A stretch of DNA of 64,000 bases from Octopus sinensis. Its lineage: Eukaryota. Below the pieces are notes generated by a model. That model was given only the letters and a program-made list of their open reading frames with translations, ran no database searches and was not told where the DNA came from. The stretch lies in assembly GCF_006345805.1 (NCBI RefSeq), contig NC_042997.1, positions 154,504,001 to 154,568,000 of the forward strand, given 5' to 3'. The position numbers were made by a program, and so were the translations under genes. Positions within the stretch are counted from its first letter, which is position 1. The number at the start of each line of letters is the position of its first letter. Of this stretch, positions 25,724 through 39,424 are shown in pieces.

Positions 25724-26292
25724 ATATATACAAATATCTGTAGATATATACACACTTTTATGTATGTACGTATATGTATACACGTATACATATAATATTA
25801 ATGTATATATACAAAAATATGTAAATATATACATGTGTGTGTATGTGAGTATAATAGCAAAACTGAAACAGGATATTTTACAATTTATATAAATTATTGG
25901 AGCAAAATAAACCATAACGACACTTAAGCGTTAGAATAACTTATTTCCTAATAGGGAGGGGAAACAACAACAATAACAAAAAACAACAACAAAACAATAA
26001 CCAATCAATAGTTATGTGAATTTAACTCTGTCAACCACACCTGACTACTTGCTTGTATGTAGCGTTCGTGATATAAAATATCTAAACAGGCAATCATATA
26101 ACGGATTGCATGGTATTGGGCAAGATAACATTTATTCTGTCTCAAGCCTCCAGAAAGAGAAAGAGAGAGATTGAGTAACAAAGGGATATAGGCAGAGACA
26201 AAGAGAAGGGAACTTTACCAGCTGGATGTTACAATACAATGCATGTATGTATATAGTGTGTGTGTTTCTACATGTGTATGTATACATATCAT

Positions 26293-26300
<8 letters not shown>
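25089..26300. repeat. Tandem duplication, 642-bp period, bounded by (TA)n
   Basis: caaatatctgtagat at 25089 and 25731; the ~565-bp unique part looks identical by eye. Confidence 0.9.
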
Positions 26301-26367
<67 letters not shown>

Positions 26368-27129
26368 CAAATAGGATGTATAAATAAGTGGAGAAGAATA
26401 GTTAGACCGATAACAAGGAAGGTGCGGTGGACAGGCAACACGTGAGCAATACACTCACAAAATGTACGCATGCGTGTGTGTATGTATGTATTATGTATGT
26501 ATGCAGGAAATAATATGCCGTATGCATATGAACGTGAACATGTACACTTCAAACATTACATTTGCTGAAACGAGAAACAATATGATTGTGTTGATTAGTA
26601 ATAAGAATTGTTTCTCTCGAAGAAAAACTTATAATACCAGACTACTGGCCTACTTTGTTTCTTGCGTAGAGTTCCATTAGAAAGTGAGTGGTGAATCATA
26701 TCGTAGATTCGTAAGTAGGAAAGAAAAATCAATATCGGAGACACTCTCAGAAAAGTGCTTTAATTATAAGCACAGTATTAGAACGAGATTTTTTTCTTTA
26801 TTAAGATAAATTTGTCTGACACATGACTGTCCCGACGAACGCTGTATATGAGGAAGCACAGAAATGGATCTTCTTAAACAAGGTTTATTCCTCATTTTAA
26901 CAAACAGTATTATTTTGTCCTCTTTGCTTGCTAATGATTGGTGAAAGAAAGCATGTACGCCACAACGCCCTCTTACTTAGCTTCTCATTCTAATCAACCA
27001 GTCATCACACATTCATGAATAATACACATCATCATTATTTTAATCATCATCGTTGTCGTAGTCGTCGTCATCATCATCACTACCATCATCATTATAGTCA
27101 TCATGATATTACTGTTTCGAATCCTAGGA

Positions 27130-27340
27130 CCCGTAAGGTCCGGTTTTCATAGAGTATGTGTGTTACCGAGATCACAATACTCTCCCTGAATAGAACGTCA
27201 GTCCCTCGCAGGCTCATTTTTTTACAGCTGATCGGACTGGAGCAATGCGACATGAAGTATTTTGCTCCAGAACACAACGCATCGACTCGCAAGGTCGAGA
27301 ATCCAAAACCCTAACCACTAGGACACACGCTCTCACATCC
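27130..27340 (-). mobile_element. Decayed tRNA-derived SINE
   Basis: cagctgatcggactggagcaatg...tgctccagaacacaacgca...ccctaaccactagg, related to 45530-45865. Confidence 0.6.
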
Positions 27341-27920
27341 TTTCATGAAGCGGCATTGTATGTATTCTGCTGTTGCGTAACCAGCTGCAGCCATGATAAA
27401 CAGAACCTATGAGCAAACGCATGCCAACCATATGCCATTCTTCAATTTATCCAGGATTACACACCTCTATGCATCTTCCATTTTCCTCTACAGTACGACA
27501 GGGGCTGAAGGAAATTTAGCTACTATTTCTAGCAAACCAAGCAAACCCGGTAAAGACTTCATGGTTGACTTACTAGTTATTCTGTTTGCTTATATTGTAC
27601 TAGGTAAATAAAATATTGATTGACTGCCATTATAGCAATGTATTTTATGAAATATTCGGACTGTAGAATCACATAAAAAAAAAAAAAAATGATAAATCAT
27701 TAAATTTTGAATTAAATCTAATTATATTGTGAATTTATGGAAAGACTGTTATTGTCTATTTGATACTGTCTCCCTTGTATTTTAAATATTTATAAATATA
27801 TTTAGTCGTTGTTTATGATTAATACTTTCAATTGAGTTTTCAAATAACACGACGAACAGCTATGTATTTATTATATCATATATTATATTATATTATATTA
27901 TATTATATATATTATATATG

Positions 27921-27980
<60 letters not shown>

Positions 27981-28394
27981 CACACATTCATACATACATA
28001 ATAATACATACACAAATATATGTATATATATGAATATATATATATATATATACATACACAAGCACACACACACAAATATATATACATGCATGCATACATA
28101 TACATACATATATACACATATACAAAGAGAGAGAAAGTGCGTAAGAGAAAGAGAGAAAAAAGAGAAAGGGAGAGAGTGTCAGAGAGAGTAGTCATTAGAA
28201 TTGGTAGGTAAATAATGGTCTGTGTAAGCATGAATCGAGCTGCCAGAAATAAAAGAGATGAGGTGCAGTTTGGTTTGCCGATGATACAAAGTAGGGTACA
28301 TAACTTGGTCGAAGCTTAGTAGAACGGTACAAGTAGAGGGTGAGAAATAGGGTGTAAAAAATGGGAGAATAGAAATCCTGATATGCATCATACG

Positions 28395-28665
28395 TGCATG
28401 TATGTATGTATGTATGTATGTATGTATGTATGTATGTATGTATGTATGTATGTATGTATGTATGCATGCATGCATGCATGTATGTATGTATGTATGTATG
28501 TATGTATGTATGTATGTATGTGTGTGTGTATGTATGTATGTATGTACGTACGTACGTATGTATGTATGTATGTGTATGTATGTATGTATGTATGTATGTA
28601 CGTATGTATGTATGTATGTATGTATGTATGTATGTATGTATGTATGTATGTATGTATATATGCAT
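28395..28665. repeat. (TATG)n microsatellite
   Basis: Direct reading. Confidence 0.95.
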
Positions 28666-28667
28666 GT

Positions 28668-28970
28668 GAAAGCATGTGACTTAATGGGGAGAGTATTCGG
28701 CGCACGATCGGTTGCTTCGATTCCCGCCAGCGTGTTGTGTCCTTGAGCAAGACACTTTATTTCGTGTTGCTCCTGTCCATTGAGCTGGTAAATATGAGTA
28801 GTACCTGTATTTCAAAGGACCGGCTTTGTCACATTCTGTGACACGCTGGATCTCCCTGAGAACTACGTTAAGGGTTAGAGTGTCTATGGACTTCTCAGCC
28901 ACTTGCACGTTAATTTCACGAGCAGACTGTTTCGTTGAATGGGTTAACTGGAACCCGCGTCGACGTTAGC
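28668..28970 (+). mobile_element. tRNA-derived SINE with a tgtgtccttgagcaagacactttatttc core
   Basis: Decayed A/B box head (ttcgattccc) followed by the conserved core. Confidence 0.7.
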
Positions 28971-29500
28971 GACTTTGAAAACAAGGATGCTGGGGACGAG
29001 AATCGCTCGTAATTTGCCAAAAAAATCGCGGATATTTGTAAATATATTCGTTGTTGTGGAACACCATCCAAATTTTGTTTGCCTACGTCGTAGGCCTCTT
29101 CCTTCCAACTGTCTGTCTCATACCCCTAACTAGATCCAAATAAAACTCTTCATTCATCATATTACCTCATGGAACAAACTCATGAGGATCGACACACTTC
29201 CAATAAAAAAAGACAACCAACATTAACTTTACATTTGAGTGACACTGTCAGGCACTTTTGATCACGGCGACAACTTCCTTGTTTCGACATTGCAACCGTA
29301 CATCTATATTTCCTGTCATCTGTTACGACATTTCAGAAAGTTTCCATCGGCATTTGAATGATCACATACCTTCTGATTGACTGAGGCTCGGTTGTCTTTT
29401 TGTTAATTTATCATCAGACACGACACCTTGTTTGGTTAATCTTTTACCCGACAACTCACTCCTATACATATTCTCTTGAAAGCTTCAGTGGATCGTAAAA
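28970..29500 (-). mobile_element. Decayed mariner transposase fragment
   Basis: Minus-strand translation QCHSNVKLMLVVFFYWKCVDPHEFVP*GNMMNEEFYLDLVRGMRQTVGRKRPTT*ANKIWMVFHNN matches the mariner catalytic region (SNVKVML.VFFD..G..H.EFVP.G..VN..FY...RKRP...W..HHDN). Confidence 0.8.
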
Positions 29501-30358
29501 TAGGAGATTATCATCGTATTTATAGTTTTTAACTTCCTGACAGAACACCAGGGCTATCGAAAGTAAAAGTTTTAGAAATTCTGCTATTTATCCTCAACTT
29601 TTCGGTGAACTGAGTCATAAAATAAGCATTATATTCTCAAGAGGAAGTTAGATGAAATAAAACGAAAATGCGAAACGACTGATTGTAAATAGGCCCATGT
29701 TTATGAACTGGAGAAGTAATAGTAAATTCTGCTCATGGGAAAACAATTGAGGTTATATATTCCATTCCAGTACAATTTTGAATTAGAATTTTTACATCAA
29801 AAAATAAAATATCTTTATATAAACTTCAAAAGGTTAGCTTTCAGGGTGAGTGCTCGACTCAATCTATATATGTCCCTCATGATCTCCTACAATATAACAT
29901 TACTGTTATCATTCATTAAATTACCCCTTGATGTTCCTCGATATTCATTAAGTTACTGCATGAAACCTAAGCTATGGGTTTAAATTACAAATTACCACGA
30001 GGAAATATTCCAAACCTACAAATAGTACACTTTTGGTTACATGATGTTGAAAGTATCAATCGTTGCCTGATAAAGAAAGTTGCTCGGGTTGCGAATATGA
30101 GAAGAAAAATTAAGTTGATCTTAGCTAGTTTAGTCTTTGTCCATAATTCACCTCTTTTAGAAACTCGACAGAAACGCATCATCAGTATATGTAACACCTG
30201 GTTACAGTATATGAAGATAAACCCTATAGTAGATTGGTTACAGGATATACTTGCACAAACCCAAGTGTACTGAATATTTTAAATGAAAAGATTTTAGTGT
30301 CTTTACCAGTTACAAAACGACACGACAATATCAAACCATAAATAAATATATAAATATA

Positions 30359-30389
<31 letters not shown>

Positions 30390-30549
30390 ATGATATGCTT
30401 CCGGTTGATAAAGTCAGCACTGAAGCATATCACAAAAATCAACTGTTCTTAACCTGCAAAAGTGTTTGGACACATCACCCGTCAAAAAAACAAAAGCTTG
30501 CATGAGTCATCTGATCGATAAGCCCATTACTTCATTATACATTATTATA

Positions 30550-30900
30550 GACAAAACGAACGATGGAGCTCCAACGTAGTCACTTGCCCGACTAGATATA
30601 TCGCCTTCAAAATTCTATCTGAAACTACAATAGATAATGTGGTACAAGAACATTTTTGATCATCATATGCCTGTTTAATTAAGGCTGACATAGGTCTAAA
30701 CAATGACCACAATATGAACATCGATTTAAACGAGGAAATCTTCGGTAGAAATAGTTTCAAAATTTACTTCAAATTACTGATTATCATCTTAAATAAAAGT
30801 ACACATTGGGTAATGTAATCCTAGATGTATCTGTAGCCTTTGATCATTGGTCTGCTTGATCAGAGCTGACCAGGGCCTAAATAACAGCAGTAACAACAGC
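30550..30900 (+). mobile_element. Two decayed copies of a SINE-like family with a ...tgatcataggtctgcttgatcagggctgacc...(CAA)n tail
   Basis: Same tail at ~37620-37740, ~40500-40600, ~48340-48510 and ~61330-61480; reversed at ~1020-1150 and ~23940-24130. Confidence 0.55.
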
Positions 30901-31057
30901 AATGATATGGGGCGGGGAGCAATTTCAGAGGATTCGAGGATTTCAATATCAGTCAAGTAAGAACATTATTTGAGTACAGAGTTCTAGGTTTGTCGTGGCG
31001 TACCCCATTAGCAGTCTGTGCTACATCACTGTGAGAGTTTTGTATTTTTATTTTATA

Positions 31058-31465
31058 GGCACAGGAATGATTATGTGGTTCAAAAATTCGCTTTAATTTT
31101 AGTCTCACTGTGTGGAACGTCGAGCAAGTCACGTCTACTATAGCCTCAAGCCGACCAATGCCCTGTGAGTGAAGTGGTAGACGGAATCTGTGTAGAAGCT
31201 CGTCGCACACACACATATATTAGTGTGTGTCTTTGCATCTGTCTTTGTTCTTCCTTAACACACACACATGCACCGCTTGGCATCTAATGTTGATTTGTTT
31301 ACGTCCCCATATCATAGCAGTCCGGCAAAAGAGACCGATGGAATAAGTACCAGGCTTTAAAAGTAAGTACCTGGGTCGATTTGTTCGACTAAAACCTTTC
31401 AAGGCCGTAGGCACACCAACATGGTCGTAGTTCAATGATTGAAACACATAAAAAGGTAAAAGATA
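31058..31465 (+). mobile_element. Near full-length SINE (internal-microsatellite family)
   Basis: ggcacaggaatgattatgtgg head, tctactatagcctc body, gtccccatatcatagcagtccggcaaaagagaccgat and tail. Confidence 0.8.
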
Positions 31466-32019
31466 AAATGTAAAGCATTACCAACAAAGAATGTTAAAAT
31501 GTTAAAGTGTTTCAGTTGCCTTCATTCGTGATTCGTTCAGTGGCTTCAGCAAGCCATCGTAAAGTGTAAGAAATATATAGCTCTATATTTCTGAACTAGC
31601 TTTAGTCCTTAAGTTGCGGACATGTTTGAGCAGGGCTTTCAAGACTATTTGGTCGATTGTATCAATTCTAATACTTACGTCATTTACTTATTTTATTGAT
31701 TTCTCTTTATGGATTAGTTAAGTCAGATTGAACATAAAGAGGCGCACACAGATACGCCGGTATAATAAACGGTCATACACTCGCATAAATGCACTTACAA
31801 ACTCACATACATACACATATTCATGCAAATGATTTCCTTGTCCATGTTTGCATTTAATTGTGTTTATGTGAATGTATTTACTCATGCATGTACACAATCT
31901 TATGCCTATAAGAAATTGCATTATAAAAGCAGAAACAGAAACTCACCATCAAACACATGATCATACACACACACACTCACACACGCAGACACACACAGAC
32001 ATTCTAACCTCCATTGCAA

Positions 32020-32064
<45 letters not shown>

Positions 32065-32200
32065 AGTATAAACGTATATCATGATATCACGGTATCGATT
32101 TGACTATCGGATGTTACACATAGCTGGTCAGAAAGCACTTCGCATTGTTTTAGCATTTGAATGATGCAACTCCGCTGGTTAAGCACACACACACACACAT

Positions 32201-32231
<31 letters not shown>

Positions 32232-32232
<1 letters not shown>

Positions 32233-32546
32233 CGCAGGATCACAGCACATAAACACACTGCAACATAATTTCTTTTCCCTATTTAACATTGTTCCAAAAC
32301 AGGTCAAAGAGGAAAAGGACCCCATTACCTTTAAACTAAGTGTGGAAAAATTTCTTCAAGGAACACCAGATAAGCCACCTATTCCTGGATACAACTCACT
32401 CAACAAGAAATCCCTACTCGAACGGACCATGATACCACAAAATTTGACGTAGAAAGGATTTAGATAATCCTATCAGGTGGTGCTATTAAGTTAGACATGG
32501 CCTGGACCAACCTTTGGTCGAAGCATATCTAAGTTTATCTAAGCTA
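32232..32546 (+). mobile_element. 3' end of a CR1-group LINE
   Basis: LFNIVPKQVKEEKDPITFKLSVEKFLQGTPDKPPIPGYNSLNKKSL (LFN.LP...FK..LD.FL..IPD.P..PGY...NSL), then a 3' UTR with a gaccaa-cct-ttggtc hairpin and (tatctaag) terminal repeats. Confidence 0.7.
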
Positions 32547-32563
32547 ATATATATATATGTATA

Positions 32564-33814
32564 TTGGGTCATCCCATAAATAATGCGGTTTATACTTCTT
32601 TAATTTTTCAGAATTAAGATAAAATTCTTTTTTAATCTAAAATATACTCTCCTTTATTTTTTACAATGCTCTTCCATCTATCTGGTAGACCTGCAAGGCC
32701 CCTCTTTGAAAATTCACTTGTCCGTGACGAAAAGCACACCTCCAGTACCTCTATAGAATTCATATTTTTCTGTCCAAAGGATTTTGAAGACTGCAGAATA
32801 AATGATACTCCGATGGCGAATATGGTGGGTGGGGCATTGTTTCCCATTCAAAATGTTCCAGCCTTTGGAACGTTATCCTTACTGTATGTGGCCGAGCATT
32901 ATCCTGATGGAAGAACACCTTTCGTCTTGAAACCAAAGATGGTCGTTTTCCTTCTCGCACTCACTCAAGCCGTTCAGGCTGCTCGCAGTAGACCTTTGTT
33001 ATCGTTTGGTTTGTGTTTAAAAGTTCAAAGTGAACTAACCCTTTCATATCCCACCATACAGACAGCAACACCTTACGTGGGTGTAAACCTTCTTTAGACT
33101 GGGGGGCCGGTGTTTCTCCTTTCCCTACCCACTGTCGTCGGCGCTTGACATTTTTATAGAGAACCCGTTTCTCGTCACCAGTCACTATTCGGTCCAAAAA
33201 GGGTTCAATTCGTGAGATGTGACAGCAAAGAAAAGCACACATTCACTGCCCCCGAGCGATTAGACTCAGAAAGTTTGTAAGGAACCTATCGACCTAATTT
33301 GCTGCCTTTTCCGATAGCACGCAGGTGTCGATGGATGGTTCAATGACCAAATCTAAGCTTGTCTGCTAGTTCCTCAACAGTTACGATGGGATTTTGTTCC
33401 ACCAGGGTCTGCAGGACGTCCTCATCGAGCTCTATAAACCTTCCAGGACGAGGTTCGTCTTCTACCCTGTATTTTCCGGCTCGGAATTTCTGGAACCAAT
33501 GTTGACACTGGCTTACGCTTATCGTCCGATCCCCATATATTGCATTAATATTCCTCACACTTTCCGATGCGCTGTTGCCTTTATTGAACTCATAAAACAA
33601 AATATGTCGAATATGCTCCTTTGCCACTTCCATTATAGCTTTGAAAAAATAACTGTTAAAATCGAACAGCACTCTTCAAAACTTGCGTTAAGAATAAGCA
33701 CAAGGTAAAATTACTACCTGCTTTTATAGCAAGTTGATACAGGTAGTTTATCCCGCCCCCTCCAACTTTTAGTTCATGCAATTGAAAAAGCCGCCTTGTT
33801 TATGGGATGGCCTA
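32564..33814 (-). mobile_element. Full-length (~1.25 kb) mariner element with pseudogenised transposase
   Basis: TIRs ttgggtcatcccataaataatgcgg / ccgccttgtttatgggatggccta, with TA on both sides. ORF pieces 33340-33672 (HTH, WFQKFRAG, EPRPGR), 32961-33242 (IVTGDEK) and 32760-32960 (HQDNARPH, HPPYSP). WVPHEL reads *VPYKL. Confidence 0.95.
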
Positions 33815-34264
33815 TACTGAGTGATCACATAGATATATGTGCAAAAAAATAAGTCTCCCAATCTCTAGGTCTTCCCACTCTACTTATGCTCAGCAAATAC
33901 CATAGATGAAGCACGGATAAACAAAGAAAATACTTTCATACATACAAAAGTACAAACCAAGACTTAACAGAGTACATGATAAACTTATGATAAATTTATT
34001 CTTTCTTATTTTATTTTTTATTTTTTGGTTTTATTGTATTTATTTTGCTTTTTTGTATTCTTTTTTTGAATTTGTATTTATCTTCTGTCATCACTTCATT
34101 AATGCACTCCATATATGGTAATTCTAGTATATGTAAAGAGTGAAATCTATTGTCTATGATTATATAATGAAAATATTTGCTATTTATTAGAGATTAGAGT
34201 CTGCTGTTTTAACCTGCTATGAAATTTCTGAAGTGTAGTCTGTTATGTTACAGCACAATTATAT

Positions 34265-34305
34265 TTATGGATGTATATATATGGATGTATATATATATAT
34301 ATATG

Positions 34306-34372
<67 letters not shown>

Positions 34373-34438
34373 TTATGGATGTATATATATATCATTATGG
34401 ATGTATATATATATATATATATAATATATATCATTATG

Positions 34439-34500
<62 letters not shown>
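34265..34500. repeat. (TA)n with periodic atggatgt / tcattatggatgt interruptions
   Basis: Direct reading. Confidence 0.85.
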
Positions 34501-34797
34501 CATACCTATTTTCAGTCACATAAGTGTGACAGATGATGTAGCTTCGCCCATTGCTTAAGTAACTAACACAAATTATGAAACAGCTGTCGGATAATGGAAT
34601 GAACATCTATTCTCTCATTGCATTTCTCTTAGGTAGCCAATTTTATACATACTTTCTACCATTCATGGGCTTTCAGAACGACGGTAAGGTTACATCCTAG
34701 CCTTAACGGTCTTTCTCGCTAGACATGCACCAGACAGGGGGCTTACTGTAAGCTCTATTTGATTCTTTGATTCCCTATTCTTTCATTCAGGTATATT

Positions 34798-35352
34798 TCT
34801 TATATAAAATCCGTTCTGTCTGTCTGACTGTGTGTGTGTGTGTCTTCTCGGACCTCGGGCATCCTCCATCCGATTGCGCTCAAATTTAATATGTAGATAC
34901 CGACGATATCAGGGCGTGTATAAGTCTTGAAAAAATTACAAAAAGCGATTCTAGGTGAGAATGCGATCGATAAAGCCCTTTTTGTCCTGCTTTTCTTCCG
35001 TTAACCTGTACATAACTGCACCTTCCATTTTTTGTTGTTTTTGTACTGCTTAAAGGCACGTTTCTTTCCTGACAAGCTTACTGTTTAAACCATGTTTGTG
35101 TTCTCCCAGTCAATAGCCTTATCATTGCTGGTACTTTAAACTATTCGGTTGAATATTTGTGTGCATAAAATCGTTTTTTTTGGGGAATAGAAAAAAGTCT
35201 GTCTTTATTTCTTCTTTTGCTGGTGTCTCAAATGTAGGTTAAATCATTGCTTCTCAAAGGGGAGGCCCATGGGACGGTCGCACAACTTTTGAGAAAATTT
35301 GGTTTAAATGTTTGACAACTCAGCACCGTCCATGGATGGGGGCGTTTGCTCG
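34798..35352 (+). mobile_element. Non-autonomous Helitron-like element, copy 1
   Basis: 5' TC-tatataaaa, internal (ctgt)n, 3' hairpin ccgtcc-at-ggatgg, then ...gCTCG|T; homologous to 36957-37435. Confidence 0.7.
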
Positions 35353-36179
35353 TATATATATATATATATATATATATAGGTGTGTATACGCACCTGCTTG
35401 CGGGCATGTGTTTGAATGGGTTCATACATTTGTACCTAAAGAAAGGTAAGTATGTTTAGAATTATTCCTTTTGAAAGATACAAAATGACCTGTGTCATCT
35501 CATGACCTACTCATATTTGTGTATATATATGTGTTTATATTCATTTTGCAATCCCATCTGGTTTCAATCAATATGTTAACTGACTTATAATTTCAGAACA
35601 CACCTACTTTTTTGCAATCTCACTTCCCTCGCACCCTGTCATGTTCTCTCTTCCTCTTTTCATCTTGCCCTCTTTTTCCTCTGTATTTTTGGTGTATTTA
35701 TTTATTCTTTTCACTTGTTTATATATTGTGTGTATACGTTTATATTTATATGTTTATATTTTATGTGTTGTGTATATATATTTTTATCCCTTTAAAAGTT
35801 GTTCAACTTTGTTTTCCTTCCTTTCATTATTTTCCTCTCTTCCTCTTGCCCTATTTCTCTCTCTCTCTCTCTCCCTCTTGCTTCCTAGTCTTTTTTTTTA
35901 TCCTTCTCCCTCAAATGCTTTCTTTCTACTTCCTTCTCAAAATGCTTATACAATTCCCCACCATCTACCCAACTCTCTGTCGTTTGGTTGTAGTTAAGCC
36001 TCCAATTACACATGGAATAAACTATGCAAAGTTCCAAACAACCACAATAGTGAAACGTGCGTTGAAACAAATAAAACAAACAAACCTGTTTTTAACGGAT
36101 ATTAAGATGATTTTCTTAACATGAAACCATTTATATATATGTATCTACATACATTTACAAATACACATACACATATATA

Positions 36180-36397
36180 CGAGGGGATGCTGAAAAAATT
36201 CCTGGCTTTGGGTAAACGAAAATGCGGGAACATCAGCTAATTATGATTTCCTGCAACATATTCCCCTTTGAGATTCACACACATATTGCAGCGGTCCTTC
36301 AGTTTTTGTAAGCCCTGTAAAAGGACTCGGAAAGTTGTACCACCAACCAGGCCTTTCACGACACCCTTAAAGCCTGAGGCTTTTCGGCAACCCCTTG
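36180..36397 (-). mobile_element. Mariner-derived MITE, copy 3
   Basis: TA-cgaggggatgctgaaaaaattcctggcttt ... aaagcctgaggcttttcggcaaccccttg-TA; the minus strand encodes QGLQKLKDRCNMCVNLKGEYV. Confidence 0.8.
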
Positions 36398-36956
36398 TAT
36401 ATATAAGAGAGTGAGAGGAAGAGGGAGGGAGAGAGACGCATACACATGTGCGCGCACATTCAACCTCTAATATGTGAAATAATTGAAAGAGCTCACACAT
36501 GCTTACTGTTAGGACAATATGAATTAAGGAAAATGGAAAATACTTCATTTGTACTGTATTGAATTCTTGATTGAACCAAGTTCGTTTTGAATTTTTCTCA
36601 TCAAGAATTTCATAGAAAGCAACAAACGAAAAAATTTTAATATTTTTCACTATAATGTGTGTAATTACTAGCAACAAGTGTAATGAGTAATAGAATTCAG
36701 AGGTATATAACAAAAGAGAGATTAATAGTAGGCGTTCTTTGCTTGGCGTTCAGTTTATTATGACACGAAGCACTTACGTTCATTAATAGGAACACAATGC
36801 TAACGAGAAAATAAGGACAAACGAAATTGAATTCATTGAGGCCAATTAAAGTCACGTTGCAATGTCCATAGACAAAGGAGGAGATCGCTTACTTAGAGAT
36901 CGGTCCTACCGCGAGATGAAGATCTTACAAAGAAATACCTATATACATTGACCCTA

Positions 36957-36957
36957 T

Positions 36958-37030
<73 letters not shown>

Positions 37031-37434
37031 ATGTATATAAATATATATATATATATTATATAAAATATGTTCTGTCTGTGTGTCTTCTAGGATCTCGGGC
37101 ATCCTCCATCCAGTTGCGCTAAAATTTGATATGTAGATACCGACGGTATCAGGGCGTGTATAAGTCTTGAAAAAATTACAAAAATCGATTCCAGGTAAGA
37201 ATGCGATCGATAAAGCCGTGGGAACGTGCATTTGTAAAAATCGTTTTTCTTGGAATAGAAAAAAGTCTATCTTTATTTCTTCTTTTGCTGGTATCTCAAA
37301 TTTAGGTTAAATCAGTGTTTCTCAAAGGGGAAGCCTATGGGACGGTCGGACAAGTTTTTTTTGAGAAAATTTGGTTTAAATGTATGACAACTCAGCACCG
37401 TCCATTGGACGGGTGGGGGACGGGCGTTTTGCTC

Positions 37435-37435
<1 letters not shown>
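36957..37435 (+). mobile_element. Non-autonomous Helitron-like element, copy 2
   Basis: A|TC start with expanded (TA)n, 3' hairpin ccgtcc-att-ggacgg, end CTCG|T. Confidence 0.7.
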
Positions 37436-37488
<53 letters not shown>

Positions 37489-37500
37489 AAATACATACAG

Positions 37501-37594
<94 letters not shown>

Positions 37595-38227
37595 AATGAT
37601 GAAATAGATACATTACATAACGTAGTTCTAGCTAACCTTAAAATGATGGGATGGGCATGGTTGTAATTGTAATGTATTTAAACATAGGTTTGTTTCTATA
37701 ATAGTTGATCTGGTTGAAACCACAACATTACTAGCAAGAACAGATGTTATTATTCGTATTTGAAATCACAGTTTGACGCCAAAACCCCGATGGTGATAAA
37801 TCTCTTGTATTTCCATGTTTACGAACAAGACAACAAATATTTAACCAGATTCACTTCTAAAATTTATTTGTTCGTGCTGTTATTTATTTATTTATTTATT
37901 TATCTATCTATTTATTTTGACTGTTTCTATCTTCCTAGGTGTCTACAAAATTATTTGTACTTCTGACGATAATTTAAATAGAATTGTATTTTATGATACA
38001 CGCTAGAATATATACACATGTGCATATACATATGTGTGTGTGCGTGTATGTGTGCGTGCGTGTGTGTTTGTTTGTATGCATATATATATGTATATATATA
38101 TATGTATATGTATATTTATTTATATATAAATAAATAACACATACGCACATACAGATATACACATTTACATATATACACACATAAACGGATGTGTGCATAT
38201 GTATACACACACACACACACACACACG

Positions 38228-38259
<32 letters not shown>

Positions 38260-38565
38260 CATATATGCATATATATATATACATAAATATATGCATACAT
38301 ACAGACACACTCACAGACACGCACACATAAATCGAGGAAAATGTGAGAGAAGTGCATATTTATATGTATGTGTCTCTGTATACATACATTCATACAGCCA
38401 TGCATCCATACATACTCGCACATACCCACACACATGTTTACACACGTTTTTCAGTTGTTTTGGTTTGTTCCGTTGTTGAGTTTGTTTTTGTCATCACAGA
38501 TAAAACCTGTGATAAATGTTCAATGTTTTTTTTTCTATTTCTATTGTTTCCGTGTTTGTCTAAAG

Positions 38566-38979
38566 CAGAGGTCGGTGACCTTTTTATATTATTGACCTCT
38601 TCATAGAATCGCTGATAACTTAACGATTCCCATCATGTAAATTTTTAAAATAAAATTAAAATGTATGAATAATTTTAAAAATTCTAGATTTAAAAATAAT
38701 ATTTCTTCGTTATTTTGTGTCATTACCGCTTATTGATAAGAGATATGAAAATACTTAATGATATTGATAAAGAACAATAACATTCATTTGTTATAATGAT
38801 TTAATCGAATTATTTAATGTGAAAAATATGTATCGATATTTGGCAGGAAAGTAGTAAGTTTTGGCCAGATTCAGTTCGCTAATAATTAAAATGTACAAAG
38901 TTCTTTCTAATGTTTATCGAACCTTTGGATAGTCACAGAGATCGCCAGGGGTCAATAACGATCACTTTGCCAACCTCTG
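38566..38979. mobile_element. hAT (Charlie-like) MITE
   Basis: TIRs cagaggtcggtgac / tttgccaacctctg; left flank gtctaaag resembles the NTCTAGAN target; AT-rich interior. Confidence 0.6.
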
Positions 38980-39191
38980 TTGTAGTGGCACAGTATTTCT
39001 CTTGACTTTTTTCTATTGGTGGATTAATGAACTGGGAGTGCTGCTCTACTTTTGTTGTAGCCTTTTATAGATAAGAAATACGAGATGCTAGAGGAAGATG
39101 TATCAAAATACATTTCAAAGGTCTTAGCAGAACCTTCGATCAAGTTTTGTAGACTAGTTGGGAGGCAGTTTGATAAGTGCGTGCTTTTAAA

Positions 39192-39354
39192 TGCACATGC
39201 GTGGCTGTGTGGTAAGAAGCTTGCTTCCACACAACACGGTTCGAGGTTCTGTCCCACTGCGTGGCACCTTGGACAAATGTCTTCTACTATAGCCTCGAGT
39301 CGACCAAAGCTTTGTGAGCGGATATGGTCGACTGAAACTGAAAGAAGTCCGTTG

Positions 39355-39424
<70 letters not shown>

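Noticed and set aside
26824-26900. MTVPTNAVYEEAQKWI, resembling the start of a calponin-homology domain
   Set aside because: Similarity ends after EAQKWI, the frame closes within about 10 codons, and there is no convincing donor site.
29974-30273. 99-aa plus-strand ORF and overlapping minus-strand ORF
   Set aside because: No recognisable domain or consistent splice signals; expected by chance.
32564-33814. Domesticated SETMAR-like gene
   Set aside because: Multiple stops and frameshifts, TIRs present, no SET domain.
36000-36075. gaaacgtgcgtt as another hammerhead
   Set aside because: No CUGANGA-like core found upstream.
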